From Pecten maximus (taxonomy: Eukaryota), in assembly GCF_902652985.1 (NCBI RefSeq), contig NC_047018.1, positions 28,954,001-29,018,000 on the forward strand: DNA of 64,000 bases. The letters run 5' to 3'. Of the stretch, positions 49,445-62,359 are shown piece by piece. The position numbers were made by a program, and so were the translations under genes. The notes beneath the pieces were generated by a model. It made no database searches. It was not told where the DNA came from and was given only the letters and a program-made list of their open reading frames with translations. Positions within the stretch are counted from its first letter, which is position 1. The number at the start of each line of letters is the position of its first letter.

Positions 49445-50755
49445 TAGTAGTCCTACCGAGGTTACTGAGTACCACAGAAAATATACTAGTAGTCTTACTG
49501 AGGTAACTGAGTACCACCAAAAATACAATAGCAGTCCTACTGAGGTAATAGAGTACCACAGAAAATATACTAGTAGTCCTACTGAGGTTACTGAGTACCA
49601 CAGAAAATACACTTGTAGTCCTACTGAGGTAAAAGAGTACCACACAAAATGCACTAGTAATCCTACTGAGGTCACTGAGTACCATAGAAAATACACTTGT
49701 AGTCCTACTAAGGTAAAAGAGTACCACAGAAAATACATTAGTAGTCAACTGATGTAATAGAGTACCACAGAAAATACACTAGTAGTCCTACTGAGGTGAT
49801 AGAGTACCACAGAAAATACACTAGTAGTCCTTCTGAGGTGATAGAGTACCACAGAAAATACACTAGTAGTCCTACTGAGGTGATAGAGTACCACAGAAAA
49901 TACACTAGTAGTCCTACTGAGGTTATAGAGTACCACAGAAAATACACTAGTAGTCCTACTGTGGTAATTGAGTACCACAGAAAATACACTTGTAGTCCTA
50001 CTGTGGTAATAGAGTACCACAGAAAATACACTTGTAGTCCTACTATGGTAATAGAGTACCACAGAAAATACACTAGTAGTCCTACTGAGGTGATAGAGTA
50101 CCACAGAAAATACACTAGTAGTCCTACTGTGGTAATAGAGTACCACAGAAAATACACTAGTAGTCCCGTAGTCCTACTGAGGTAACTGAGTACCACAGAA
50201 AATACACTAGTAGTCCTACTGAGGTTATAGAGTACCACAGAAAATACACTAGTAGTCCTACTGTGGTAATTGAGTACCACAGAAAATACACTTGTAGTCC
50301 TACTGTGGTAATAGAGTACCACAGAAAATACACTTGTAGTCCTACTATGGTAATAGAGTACCACAGAAAATACACTAGTAGTCCTACTGAGGTGATAGAG
50401 TACCACAGAAAATACACTAGTAGTCCTACTGTGGTAATAGAGTACCACAGAAAATACACTAGTAGTCCTACTAGGGTAACTGCGTACCACAGAAAATACA
50501 CTTGTAGTCCTTCTGAGGTAATTGAGTACTACAGAAAATACACTTGTAGTCCTACTGAGGTAATTGAGTACCACAGAAAATACACTAGTAGTCCTACTGT
50601 GGTAATAGAGTAACACAGAAAATACACTAGTAGTCCTACTAGGGTAACTGCGTACCACAGAAAATACACTAGTAGTCCTACTGTGGTAATAGAGTACCAC
50701 AGAAAATACACTTGTAGTCCTACTGAGGTGATAGAGTACCACAGAAAATACACTT
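49445..50755. repeat. 42-bp minisatellite, ~31 copies
   Basis: gagtaccacagaaaatacactagtagtcctactgaggtaata. Confidence 0.96.
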
Positions 50756-51149
50756 AGTCTTGTATTCTTACTAATAGAGATTATATCATTATGACTGATT
50801 TATATTAATGCTGTTTGAACATTGAATCTATTTTCACATCAGTATTATTGGTGCTAGCATGGTAGTTACTGACCAATAAGAAGGCTGATACCTGTTTATT
50901 GTAAACTAAATAATAACAAAGCTGATACCTGTCCATTTTCAGGTTGCGTATATATGTTCGATACACCGAAATAAAAATGGTGAAAATTTACTGATAAGAA
51001 TTATTCTAGGTAAGCAGGGCATAGCAGTGAGAGAATTCAGTCTGATCATGATATTTTACAAGGGCGTAGAGAAAGGTAAGTATCAGCGGATTGATACAAG
51101 CGCAATGTCTCCAATGTTTACAATAATTTCTCTTATCACGAACATTGAT

Positions 51150-51430
51150 ATCCCGATTTTACCTGTGTAAGACTTCTTATCTCACCCTAGAGTAGATACA
51201 ATCTACACGTGCTCTTTGCACGCCCTCAACAATTGTATGATGCAACGGTAATAATACAATACGTCATGGGCAACAGTACAATGACGCACATTCACCCCCA
51301 TGGGAGTGAGAGAAGGTGATATCAACCTTCGGGTTGATATTCTCGGCAAGCCTGGTGTTTTCCAGCTCAAGATTTCACCCGTTTGGATGGAGACCCCCGT
51401 CTCACCCCAAGAATATTAAGTATTGTATTA
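51150..51430. mobile_element. Dispersed repeat, same family as 17040-17440
   Basis: Shared blocks ttttacc..taaga..cttatctc.ccctag, tttgcacg..ctcaacaattg, attcac.cccatgg.agtgaga and ctcggcaag. Confidence 0.55.
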
Positions 51431-51640
51431 ATCTAACTTACACAGGGGCTGACCAAAGCTCACAAAGTGTTCAAACGACTGTCAAGGTCATTTCCCATGT
51501 GGATGATAGCTGTACCTAGTTATTGATATCCGATAAACCCTAACAATCAAAGTCAGTATCTCCTTCAATCAGGCATCACAGACATACAATAAAACATAAT
51601 TCCATCCTCACAGAGATTACATTCCACGCGTACATCTTAA

Positions 51641-54600
51641 TCATGACGGTTTTAAAAACATATATACATAGCGAGCAATTAGTAAAACTACTAAAGAATG
51701 TGCTAATTTTATGTTAGAGGCTGCGGATACATCGCCTGACAGGCATAAACCTCCTCGGAAACTAACGGCTCCCAAACTATCAAGTCTATCAAAGATTTTC
51801 TGGAAGGTAGCAGCGTCCTGTTGTGCAAAGCTCTGGGGATGGCAGCCGTCAGTCAACCCCTTGTAGACCAAAACACATTCGCGGTCAATTATATGGACAG
51901 GTATATCTGGAACGAAATTAAATGAGTTCTTATCAAACAATGCATGATCTCCATATCATCTCTCAATGTTAAATACACGGGTTTTAGCACATTTTCACAT
52001 ATTGTTAATTTTGATCGTTCATTCAACAAAGAAAGTACATGTAATGGTCAGAATAAATAATCAGAATATTTGCAAGTTGGTGAAAAGGTCTTAGTAAAAT
52101 TCCAATACGTCATGAAGAGCATTAACCAACATAACCTGCCTCTCACATTTGTAACACTTTTGACCCCTGGTATCAATGACGGGATTTTGAAATTGAGCTT
52201 TACTGGAGATGAATTGTACTCTTGCATCAAAACGCTATCAAGCTGGCAGATATTGCCTTAATATATATCAAGGATATGTGGGATGGTACATTAGAGACTA
52301 GACCAGATAGGTACTTTTGATTTAAGTCATTCCAGTGACATATATTTTGACTAATTTCAAAATTATGTTACAGAAGAACGAAGCGACTTTATGACTGTTT
52401 TAGAGAGCAGTTGAGAATGGTTTTAAAGTTGAATGAAAAATAAGTATATTATACATGCCAAAAATGTTTAAAGGCCCAACAACATTGATTGTGCCGGTAT
52501 AAGCCCCACATCTGTAAACACGGTCCCCGGAGGTCGGATTTGGTGGACACGTGGTCAATTCAATGTTTGAATCCGCATTGGCACTCCGACAGTTCTTTTC
52601 CCGGATTCCTGGAATAACGTTTAGGACTGGAGTCACCAAGGTCCCAGTTACTGATCCGTTAATGACAAAGTCTGCGCAGTTTATACACGTAAGTCCTACA
52701 ACAAAATCAATAGAATATATAGATTGTCTTGAAACAATTCAATATACATAGATTTGTACTTTTATATTGATACATAGATTTGTACTTTTTATTCATACCC
52801 TCCTTCCATCAATTCAATATACATAGATTTGTACTTTTATATTCATACTCGCCCTTCCACCAATTCAATATACATAGATTAGTACTTTTATATTCATACC
52901 CTCCTTCCATCAATTCAATATACATATATTAGTACTTTTATATTCATACTCGTCCTTCCATCAATTCAATATATATAGATTTGTACATTTATATTCATAC
53001 TCGTTTTTCCACCAATTCAATATACATAGATTTGTACTTTTATATTCATAGTCGTCCTTCCATCAATTCAATATATAGATTTGTACTTTTATATTCATAC
53101 TCGTTTTTCCACCAATTCAATATACATAGATTAGTGCTTTTATATTCATACTCGTCCTTCCATCAATTCAATATATATAGATTTGTACTTTTATATTCAT
53201 ACTCGTTTTTCCACCAATTCAATATACATAGATTTGTACTTTTATATTCATACTCGTCCATCCACCAATTCAATATATATAGATTTGTACTTTTATATTC
53301 ATACTCGTCCATCCACCAATTCAATATATATAGATTAGTACTTTTATATTCATACTCGTCCTTCCACCAATTCAATATATAGATTTGTACTTTTATATTC
53401 ATACATATATTTGTACTTAGGTTTATATTCATACTCGTCCTTCCACCAATTCAATATACATGTACATAGGTGGCAGCTGCTGCATACAAGTCAACAATTC
53501 AACAAACAATTATATTATCGTTGGATATTATACAGCGGCCGAAAGTTCTTTGAAATGTGCCAATATCGTGTGTGTGTTTTATACAATTCATTGAGATTAC
53601 AGATGGTAGACACTGCTGGTTGACTTTAATCTATGAGAGTTGCCGTAGCCCGTATGTAATATTTTAATTCATTTAAATAGTAACACGGTTCGGAATAAAC
53701 CCTTTTACTTGACGTTCTTTTGAAATCAAATATGAAAAAACTGTGAAATTTTATTGAATTTTGGGGCTATATTGCACCTCTCCATCTAGATCATGACACT
53801 TCCTTGTGACCAATGTTACTTTCCTCAGTCGCCTCCCGTGTATCAACACTTCAGGCCTTTTGTAGCACTGACGAGTCTCGTTTGATTTGAAAGGTGCCAA
53901 TATATTTAGTGTCTTTTATACAGTCTCTTTAGTCTATACATCACCAAGGCAAACCAATAATCACTTCTAACTAACATAGCTAGAGATAATTCCTGGTATA
54001 ATGTCAGAATGATACCTCAATTTTAACAACGTTCTTTAAAGTAAATCACTACAGAATTTAAGAAAACTGCATTGACTATGATTTTTTTCCTTTTAAATCC
54101 ATTGATACGTTCCTAAGGAGATTTTCCAGTTAAGGGATTAAACCTGGGCCTGTAGTATTAAGATGCCATTTCGTAGTCTATATAATTATCACCATGGTAA
54201 AACCCTATGCACTTTCTCCGGAAACAATGATGGGGACTTCCAACAGAGCTTCAGCCAGACTACAAATCATAGGCCTCGAGATCAACTCCCTGCAATGACC
54301 TTTTTGTAAATTTGTAACATAAAATGAAATGTTATTGTTGATGTTGATTCTGCTCCAGTCGTTTAGTACGTGGTGTAGCTAAAGACTAATGTGAAATAGT
54401 GACAGCAGAAATTAGTCATCATAAGGCCTGACAAAACATAGTGAAACTACATACTCTTGACCCACACAATTTCCGTCTCTCTAATAAGTATAAAGGTGAT
54501 ACATAAGTGGCAAGTGTAGTATATATAGGGCAGTAATAATAGGAACACTCTCGACAGACATAACACTTGCTTTATAAATGTTATATAAATTGTATGTCAA

Positions 54601-57600
54601 TTGATATGATATGCTGTATTAAAGTAAAAACACATAGACGCCGTACATTTGTTTTACATATGTATATCAGATCATATTCAATTAAATTAATACGAAGATG
54701 TTTATGTAAAAAAAATCATATCCCGATTACATATCCTTATACTCCTGACACAGATGGAGTGGAGCTTACTCTGTCATACACACGTGCTTCATAATCACGT
54801 CTGTGACGTGAAATACACTTACATCTACATGGCCGAGATGAAGGCAAGTCAAATATTAATGTCGAGTTTCATGGACATTGAACTCAACCGCTAGTACTCA
54901 CGACTAAGTAAGTTATAGCACAGATAATAGTTATTAATTAAATGGCTGGAGCTGTATCTGCTCAATTATCTTCATGTGTATTTGAAAATGGAAAACATAC
55001 TAATTTAACTGAAATATTTCTGGATAGATTTTGAACAACCAGACACAGTATTTAAATAAAACATTATGTTCATTCAGTTACTGTTCCTTGGTATAATACG
55101 TTAGTAGCTATATATATGATTTTTTAGGAATAACAAGCAGGCGTCAAGAATTCGTCTTAATGACATAAAATTATAGGTCCCCGATGGGTTTTACCATAAA
55201 TACCTCGGACCAATACCAGATTGGACACAACAGAGGATAGCTAGTGTTGGAACGACATGTGGAGGCGGGAACCACCTCTGGCATCAGTTCAACACAAACT
55301 AATATACCCACACAGAAGGCCTGATTGGGCTTTCGTGTAATCATCTGGTCAGCATGCAGAATTATTCTAAACGAATGACGACATAGATAATGACATAACA
55401 GTCAGATGTGGAAAGAAGGTCGAAAAGGTCCTCCAGGTGAAGGAAAAAATCCTTAAGGGTTGTGACTACATGGAAATCAAACGATGTCTTCGGAGGACTC
55501 TTACGAACGACAGATGGCGGATCACAACAAGATTACAGCTAACTCAATTTTCAGTTTCAAGTTTATACAACTTGATGTGTCTCGTTCATAGGATAGAACC
55601 AAACACTGTCAATGCTTTGGAGAAAATTCCAAGCCTTTGACCAAAGCAAGACATTACTGTTTGAAACGCGAGGAAACAGAAATCCAAACGTTTGCAATGG
55701 CTGATTTTACTTTTGTGAATGTTTGCATTTCAATTGGACAACATTTTTGTTGAGTTTGATGAAAAGATCTTACAAAAATGATTGACATACCCATGCGATG
55801 AAACTGTGCCCCTCCTTTGGCCAAGTGGCTTTTGTTTTCATAAGTCGTAAGGTTAAATTGAAGAGCAATCTGATAAAATACATGTCATCAACCTCATAAA
55901 CCGCGGATTTAATCTGTATTTATCAGAGCGTAGTGTATAATAATGGTCTGTATTTTAATCAGGACGTGGTGTATAATGATGGTTTGTATTTTAATCAGAA
56001 TTTAGTGTATAATGATAATGATGGTCTGTATTTTAATCAGAACGTAGTGTATAATGGTGATCTGTATTTTAATCAGAACGTAGTGTATAATGATGATCTG
56101 TATTTTAATCAGAACGTAGTGTATATTGATGGTCTGTATTTTAATCAGAACGTAGTGGTGTATAATGATAATGATGGTCTGTATTTTAATCAGAACGTAG
56201 TGTATAATGATGGTTTGTATTTTAATCAGAATTTAGTGTATAATGGTGATCTGTATTTTAATCAGAACCTAGTTTATAATGATGATCTGTATTTTAATCA
56301 GAATGTAGTGTATAATGGTGATCTGTATTTTAATCAGAACGTAGTGTATAATGATGGTCTGTATTTTAATCAGAACGTAGTGTATAATGATGGTCTGTAT
56401 TTTAATCAGAACGTAGTGTATAATGATGGTCTGTATTTTAATCAGAACGTAGTGTATAATGATGGTCTGTATTTTAATCAGAACGTAGTGTATAATGATG
56501 GTCTGTATTTTAATCAGAACGTAGTGTATAATGATGGTCTGTATTTTAATCAGAACGTAGTGTATAATGATGATCTGTATTTTAATCAGAACGTAGTGTA
56601 TAATGGTGATCTGTATTTTAATCAGAACATAGTGTATACTGATGGTCTGTATTTTAATCAGAACGTAGTGTATAATGATGGTCTGTATTTTAATCAGAAC
56701 GTAGTGTATAATGATGATCTGTATTTTAATCAGAACGTAGTGTATAATGCCTGTTTGTATTTTAATCAGAACGTAGTGTATAATGATGGTCTGTATTTTA
56801 ATCAGAACGCAGTGTATAATGATGGTCTGTATGTTAATCAGAACGTAGGGTATAATGATGGTCTGTATTTTAATCAGAACGTAGTGTATAATGATGATCT
56901 GTATTTTAATCAGAACGTAGTGTATAATGCCTGTTTGTATTTTAATCAGAACGTAGTGTATAATGATGATCTGTATTTTAATCAGAACGTAGTGTATAAT
57001 GCCTGTTTGTATTTTAATCAGAACGTAGTGTATAATGATAATGATGATCTGTATTTTAATCAGGACGTGGTGTATAATGATGGTTTGTATTTTAATCAGA
57101 ATTAAGTGTATAATGGTGATCTGTATTTTAATCAGAACGTAGTGTATAATGATGGTTTGTATTTTAATCAGAATTTAGTGTATAATGGTGATCTGTATTT
57201 TAATCAGAACGTAGTGTATAATGATGGTTTGTATTTTAATCAGAATTTAGTGTATAATGGTGATCTGTATTTTAATCAGGACGTGGTGTATAATGATGGT
57301 CTGTATTTTAATCAGAACGTAGTGTATAATGATGGTCTGTATTTTAATCAGAACGTAGTGTATAATGATGGTCTGTATTTTAATCAGAACGTAGTGTATA
57401 ATGATGGTCTGTATTTTAATCAGAACGTAGTGTATAATGATGATCTGTATTTTAATCAGAACGTAGTGTATAATGGTGATCTGTATTTTAATCAGAACAT
57501 AGTGTATACTGATGGTCTGTATTTTAATCAGAACGTAGTGTATAATGATGGTCTGTATTTTAATCAGAACGTAGTGTATAATGATGATCTGTATTTTAAT

Positions 57601-60600
57601 CAGAACGTAGTGTATAATGCCTGTTTGTATTTTAATCAGAACGTAGTGTATAATGATGGTCTGTATTTTAATCAGAACGTAGTGTATAATGATGGTCTGT
57701 ATGTTAATCAGAACGTAGGGTATAATGATGGTCTGTATTTTAATCAGAACGTAGTGTATAATGATGATCTGTATTTTAATCAGAACGTAGTGTATAATGC
57801 CTGTTTGTATTTTAATCAGAACGTAGTGTATAATGATGGTCTGTATTTTAATCAGAACGTAGTGTATAATGATGGTCTGTATTTTAATCAGAACGTAGTG
57901 TATAATGATGGTCTGTATTTTAATCAGAACGTAGTGTATAATGATGGTCTGTATTTTAATCAGAACGTAGTGTATAATGATGGTCTGTATTTTAATCAGA
58001 ACGTAGTGTATAATGGTGATCTGTATTTTAATCAGAACATAGTGTATACTGATGGTCTGTATTTTAATCAGAACGTAGTGTATAATGATGGTCTGTATTT
58101 TAATCAGAACGTAGTGTATAATGATGATCTGTATTTTAATCAGAACGTAGTGTATAATGCCTGTTTGTATTTTAATCAGAACGTAGTGTATAATGATGGT
58201 CTGTATTTTAATCAGAACGTAGTGTATAATGATGGTCTGTATGTTAATCAGAACGTAGGGTATAATGATGGTCTGTATTTTAATCAGAACGTAGTGTATA
58301 ATGATGATCTGTATTTTAATCAGAACGTAGTGTATAATGCCTGTTTGTATTTTAATCAGAACGTAGTGTATAATGATGATCTGTATTTTAATCAGAACGT
58401 AGTGTATAATGATGGTCTGTATTTTAATCAGAATTTAGTGTATAATGGTGATCTGTATTTTAATCAGGACGTGGTGTATAATGATGGTCTGTATTTTAAT
58501 CAGAACGTAGTGTATAATGATGGTCTGTATTTTAATCAGAACGTAGTGTATAATGATGGTCTGTATTTTAATCAGAATTTAGTGTATAATGGTGATCTGT
58601 ATTTTAATCAGAACGTAGTGTATAATGCCTGTTTGTATTTTAATCAGAACGTAGTGTATAATGATAATGATGATCTGTATTTTAATCAGGACGTGGTGTA
58701 TAATGATGGTTTGTATTTTAATCAGAATTAAGTGTATAATGGTGATCTGTATTTTAATCAGAACGTAGTGTATAATGATGGTTTGTATTTTAATCAGAAT
58801 TTAGTGTATAATGGTGATCTGTATTTTAATCAGAACGTAGTGTATAATGATGGTTTGTATTTTAATCAGAATTTAGTGTATAATGGTGATCTGTATTTTA
58901 ATCAGGACGTGGTGTATAATGATGGTCTGTATTTTAATCAGAACGTAGTGTATAATGATGGTCTGTATTTTAATCAGAACGTAGTGTATAATGATGGTCT
59001 GTATTTTAATCAGAACGTAGTGTATAATGATGGTCTGTATTTTAATCAGAACGTAGTGTATAATGATGATCTGTATTTTAATCAGAACGTAGTGTATAAT
59101 GGTGATCTGTATTTTAATCAGAACGTAGTGTATAATGATGGTCTGTATTTTAATCAGAACGTAGTGTATAATGATGGTCTGTATTTTAATCAGAACGTAG
59201 TGTATAATGATGATCTGTATTTTAATCAGAACGTAGTGTATAATGCCTGTTTGTATTTTAATCAGAACGTAGTGTATAATGATGGTCTGTATTTTAATCA
59301 GAACGTAGTGTATAATGATGGTCTGTATGTTAATCAGAACGTAGGGTATAATGATGGTCTGTATTTTAATCAGAACGTAGTGTATAATGATGATCTGTAT
59401 TTTAATCAGAACGTAGTGTATAATGCCTGTTTGTATTTTAATCAGAACGTAGTGTATAATGATGATCTGTATTTTAATCAGGACGTGGTGTATAATGATG
59501 GTTTGTATTTTAATCAGAATTTAGTGTATAATGGTGATCTGTATTTTAATGAGAACGTAGTGTATAATGATAGTCTGTATTTTAATCAGAACGTAGTGTA
59601 TAATGATGGTCTGTATTTTAATCAGAACGTAGTGTATAATGCTTGTTTGTATTTTAATCAAGACGTAGTGTATAATAATGGTCTGTATTTTAATCAGAAT
59701 TTCGTGTATAATGATGATCTGTATTTTAATTAGATTGTGAATCAGAACGTAGTGTATAATGATGGTTTGTATTTAATCAGAACGTAGTGTATATTGATGG
59801 TCTGTATTTTAATCAGAACGTAGTGTATAATGATGGTCTGTATTTTAATCAGAACGCAGTGTATAATGATGATCTGTATTTTAATCAGGACGTGGTGTAT
59901 AATGATGGTTTGTATTTTAATCAGAATTAAGTGTATAATGGTGATCTGTATTTTAATCAGAACGTAGTGTATAATGATGGTTTGTATTTTAATCAGAATT
60001 TAGTGTATAATGGTGATCTGTATTTTAATCAGGACGTGGTGTATAATGATGGTTTGTATTTTAATCAGAATTTAGTGTATAATGATGGTCTGTATTTTAA
60101 TCAGAACGTAGTGTATAATGATGGTCTGTATTTTAATCAGAACGTAGTGTATAATGGTGATCTGTATTTTAATCAGAACGTAGTGTATAATGATGGTCTG
60201 TATTTTAATCAGAACCTAGTTTATAATGATGGTCTGTATTTTAATCAGAACGTAGTGTATAATGATAATGATGGTCTGTATTTTAATCAGAACGTAGTGT
60301 ATAATGATGGTCTGTATTTTAATCAGAACGTAGTGTATAATGATGGTCTGTATTTTAATCAGAACGTAGTGTATAATGGTGATCTGTATTTTAATCAGAA
60401 CGTAGTGTATAATGATAATGATGGTCTGTATTTTAATCAGAACGTAGTGTATAATGATGGTCTGTATTTTAATCAGGACGTGGTGTATAATGATGGTTTG
60501 TATTTTAATCAGAATTTAGTGTATAATGGTGATCTGTATTTTAATCAGAACGTAGTGTATAATGATAGTCTGTATTTTAATCAGAACGTAGTGTATAATG

Positions 60601-61576
60601 ATGGTCTGTATTTTAATCAGAACGTAGTGTATAATGCTTGTTTGTATTTTAATCAAGACGTAGTGTATAATAATGGTCTGTATTTTAATCAGAATTTCGT
60701 GTATAATGATGATCTGTATTTTAATTAGATTGTGAATCAGAACGTAGTGTATAATGATGGTTTGTATTTAATCAGAACGTAGTGTATATTGATGGTCTGT
60801 ATTTTAATCAGAACGTAGTGTATAATGATGGTCTGTATTTTAATCAGAACGTAGTGTATAATGATGATCTGTATTTTAATCAGAACGTAGTGTATAATGG
60901 TGGTCTGTATTTTAATCAGAACGTTATGTATAAAGATGGCCTGTTTTTTAATTTGATTGATTGAAGAGCTAATCCGAACAGATGACAGAGACCTTGAAAA
61001 AATCTTCAATTTTACCTTTAAACATTCTTGCCCTCTGGGACATCTACTTTCAAATTTGTCCTCCTTTTATCGATTTTAAGTTGAAATTACACTTTCGTTT
61101 TAAAGTGGATTTTCTTTGTTGTTCTTGTATCAATAGCAGAGGATAAGAGTACTGTATTAGTATTTTTGATCATTTTTACATACATTTTTACAGTGTTAGA
61201 TACATAATATTGGTATCATATAGTGATACATTTTGAAGTTCCAGTAACAAATAGCTTAACTTTAATTATACATGTTGAAATGTAAGGTATACATGTAACT
61301 GCAAGGCATGGTTTACGTCAAGACGTGTTTCCATAAAAAGTAACAGTATTATTGACGTTTAAGTCAATATTATACTGTAGACTGTCATGAATGTAGTGAA
61401 CATCTGCTATATGTTTTACTAGGCCAATACTTTATTTATCGCAATTATTTTTGGTAAGGCTTGAACAAAAATGGAAGAAATAGCATACCTTGTACTTGTC
61501 CGGTGCTTTGTGTTAGTATGACTATACACACGCCCATCAAAACAGGTCCCAAAACGGACGAAGGAAGTCTCGTCAT
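51641..61576 (-). CDS. Secreted, probably GPI-anchored, Cys-rich Ly6/uPAR (three-finger)-like protein, paralog B, 3 exons, ~196 aa
   Basis: Exons 61576-61489 (MTRLPSSVLGPVLMGVCIVILTQSTGQVQG), 52695-52459 (LTCINC...NC...TCPPNP...YRCGAYTGTINV; 237 bp, as in paralog A) and 51906-51641 (IIDREC...GCHPQ...FQKIFDRLDSLG...LCLSGD plus hydrophobic tail). Intron 2 requires a GC donor. Confidence 0.8.
52737..53460. repeat. ~51-bp minisatellite, ~14 copies
   Basis: tagatttgtacttttatattcatactcgtccttccaccaattcaatataca. Confidence 0.95.
55913..60930. repeat. 36-bp satellite, ~5 kb (~139 copies), with higher-order duplications, in intron 1 of paralog B
   Basis: gtagtgtataatgatggtctgtattttaatcagaac. Confidence 0.98.
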
Positions 61577-62359
61577 CCTACCAAACTCTTTAGTCCAAGA
61601 CATTATCCATACACATGGGTTCTTTTGAACACACTACAGAGCTTAGGTAAAGTTACGAATCCCTAAAGACAGTCCTGTCTAGTTCTTCCACAACAGGTAT
61701 TAGTCAGCTGTATTTAGGTCAAACGACCCTGTTGATATTTGGTGTACGGAAAGTATGTATTGTTGACACTTGAAGCGTGACTGAGCATCACAGCCGAATT
61801 GTACGACCGTGTATACACATGTATTCTGACTCATTTACAGCATACCAGACGCATTGCTACATTACTGAAGAGGGGGGAAAAGGGAAGTAAATGGAAATTT
61901 TTCTTTTCGTTCTTTCTTCGTGGATTGTGGTTTTCTTTATACGCTTCAATTAAAAAAAATAAACATGGGTTGTCGGTACTTGAATAATTTTTTCAGTCTG
62001 TCTTTTTTTAATTCAAACCTTAAGCAGTCCAATGTTCAGTGAAAATAATGAACGAGGACAAAATTTCTTAATTACCTATAATGAGATCTTCTATAAATAA
62101 AATGTTTAAAATTCCACAAAAAAAAATAATCTTTCTACGATATCTGTATCGTTCAGCATTTAACAGCAATCATAGGTATTTAGTTATGATTGATTTCACC
62201 TGAATTAATTACAACGGTAATGTTCAATTAAGGGCATCGTTTTGCTAACATAATAAAAATTATGCTTTGATTTCGATTCCTCCTCCAATAACTCCCAACA
62301 ATGTGCCAGGTGTTTGTTCAAAATCGCAGCAATGAATAGCTTTATGTTGGATAATACAT

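Noticed and set aside
49409-50753. Hydrophobic repetitive ORFs resembling membrane proteins
   Set aside because: Translations of the 42-bp minisatellite.
53866-53897. CTGACGAGTC...GAAA, resembling a Penelope-type minimal hammerhead ribozyme
   Set aside because: Stem II is imperfect with extra bases before GAAA, and I could not find a convincing stem I/III or cleavage triplet. At most a dead relic.
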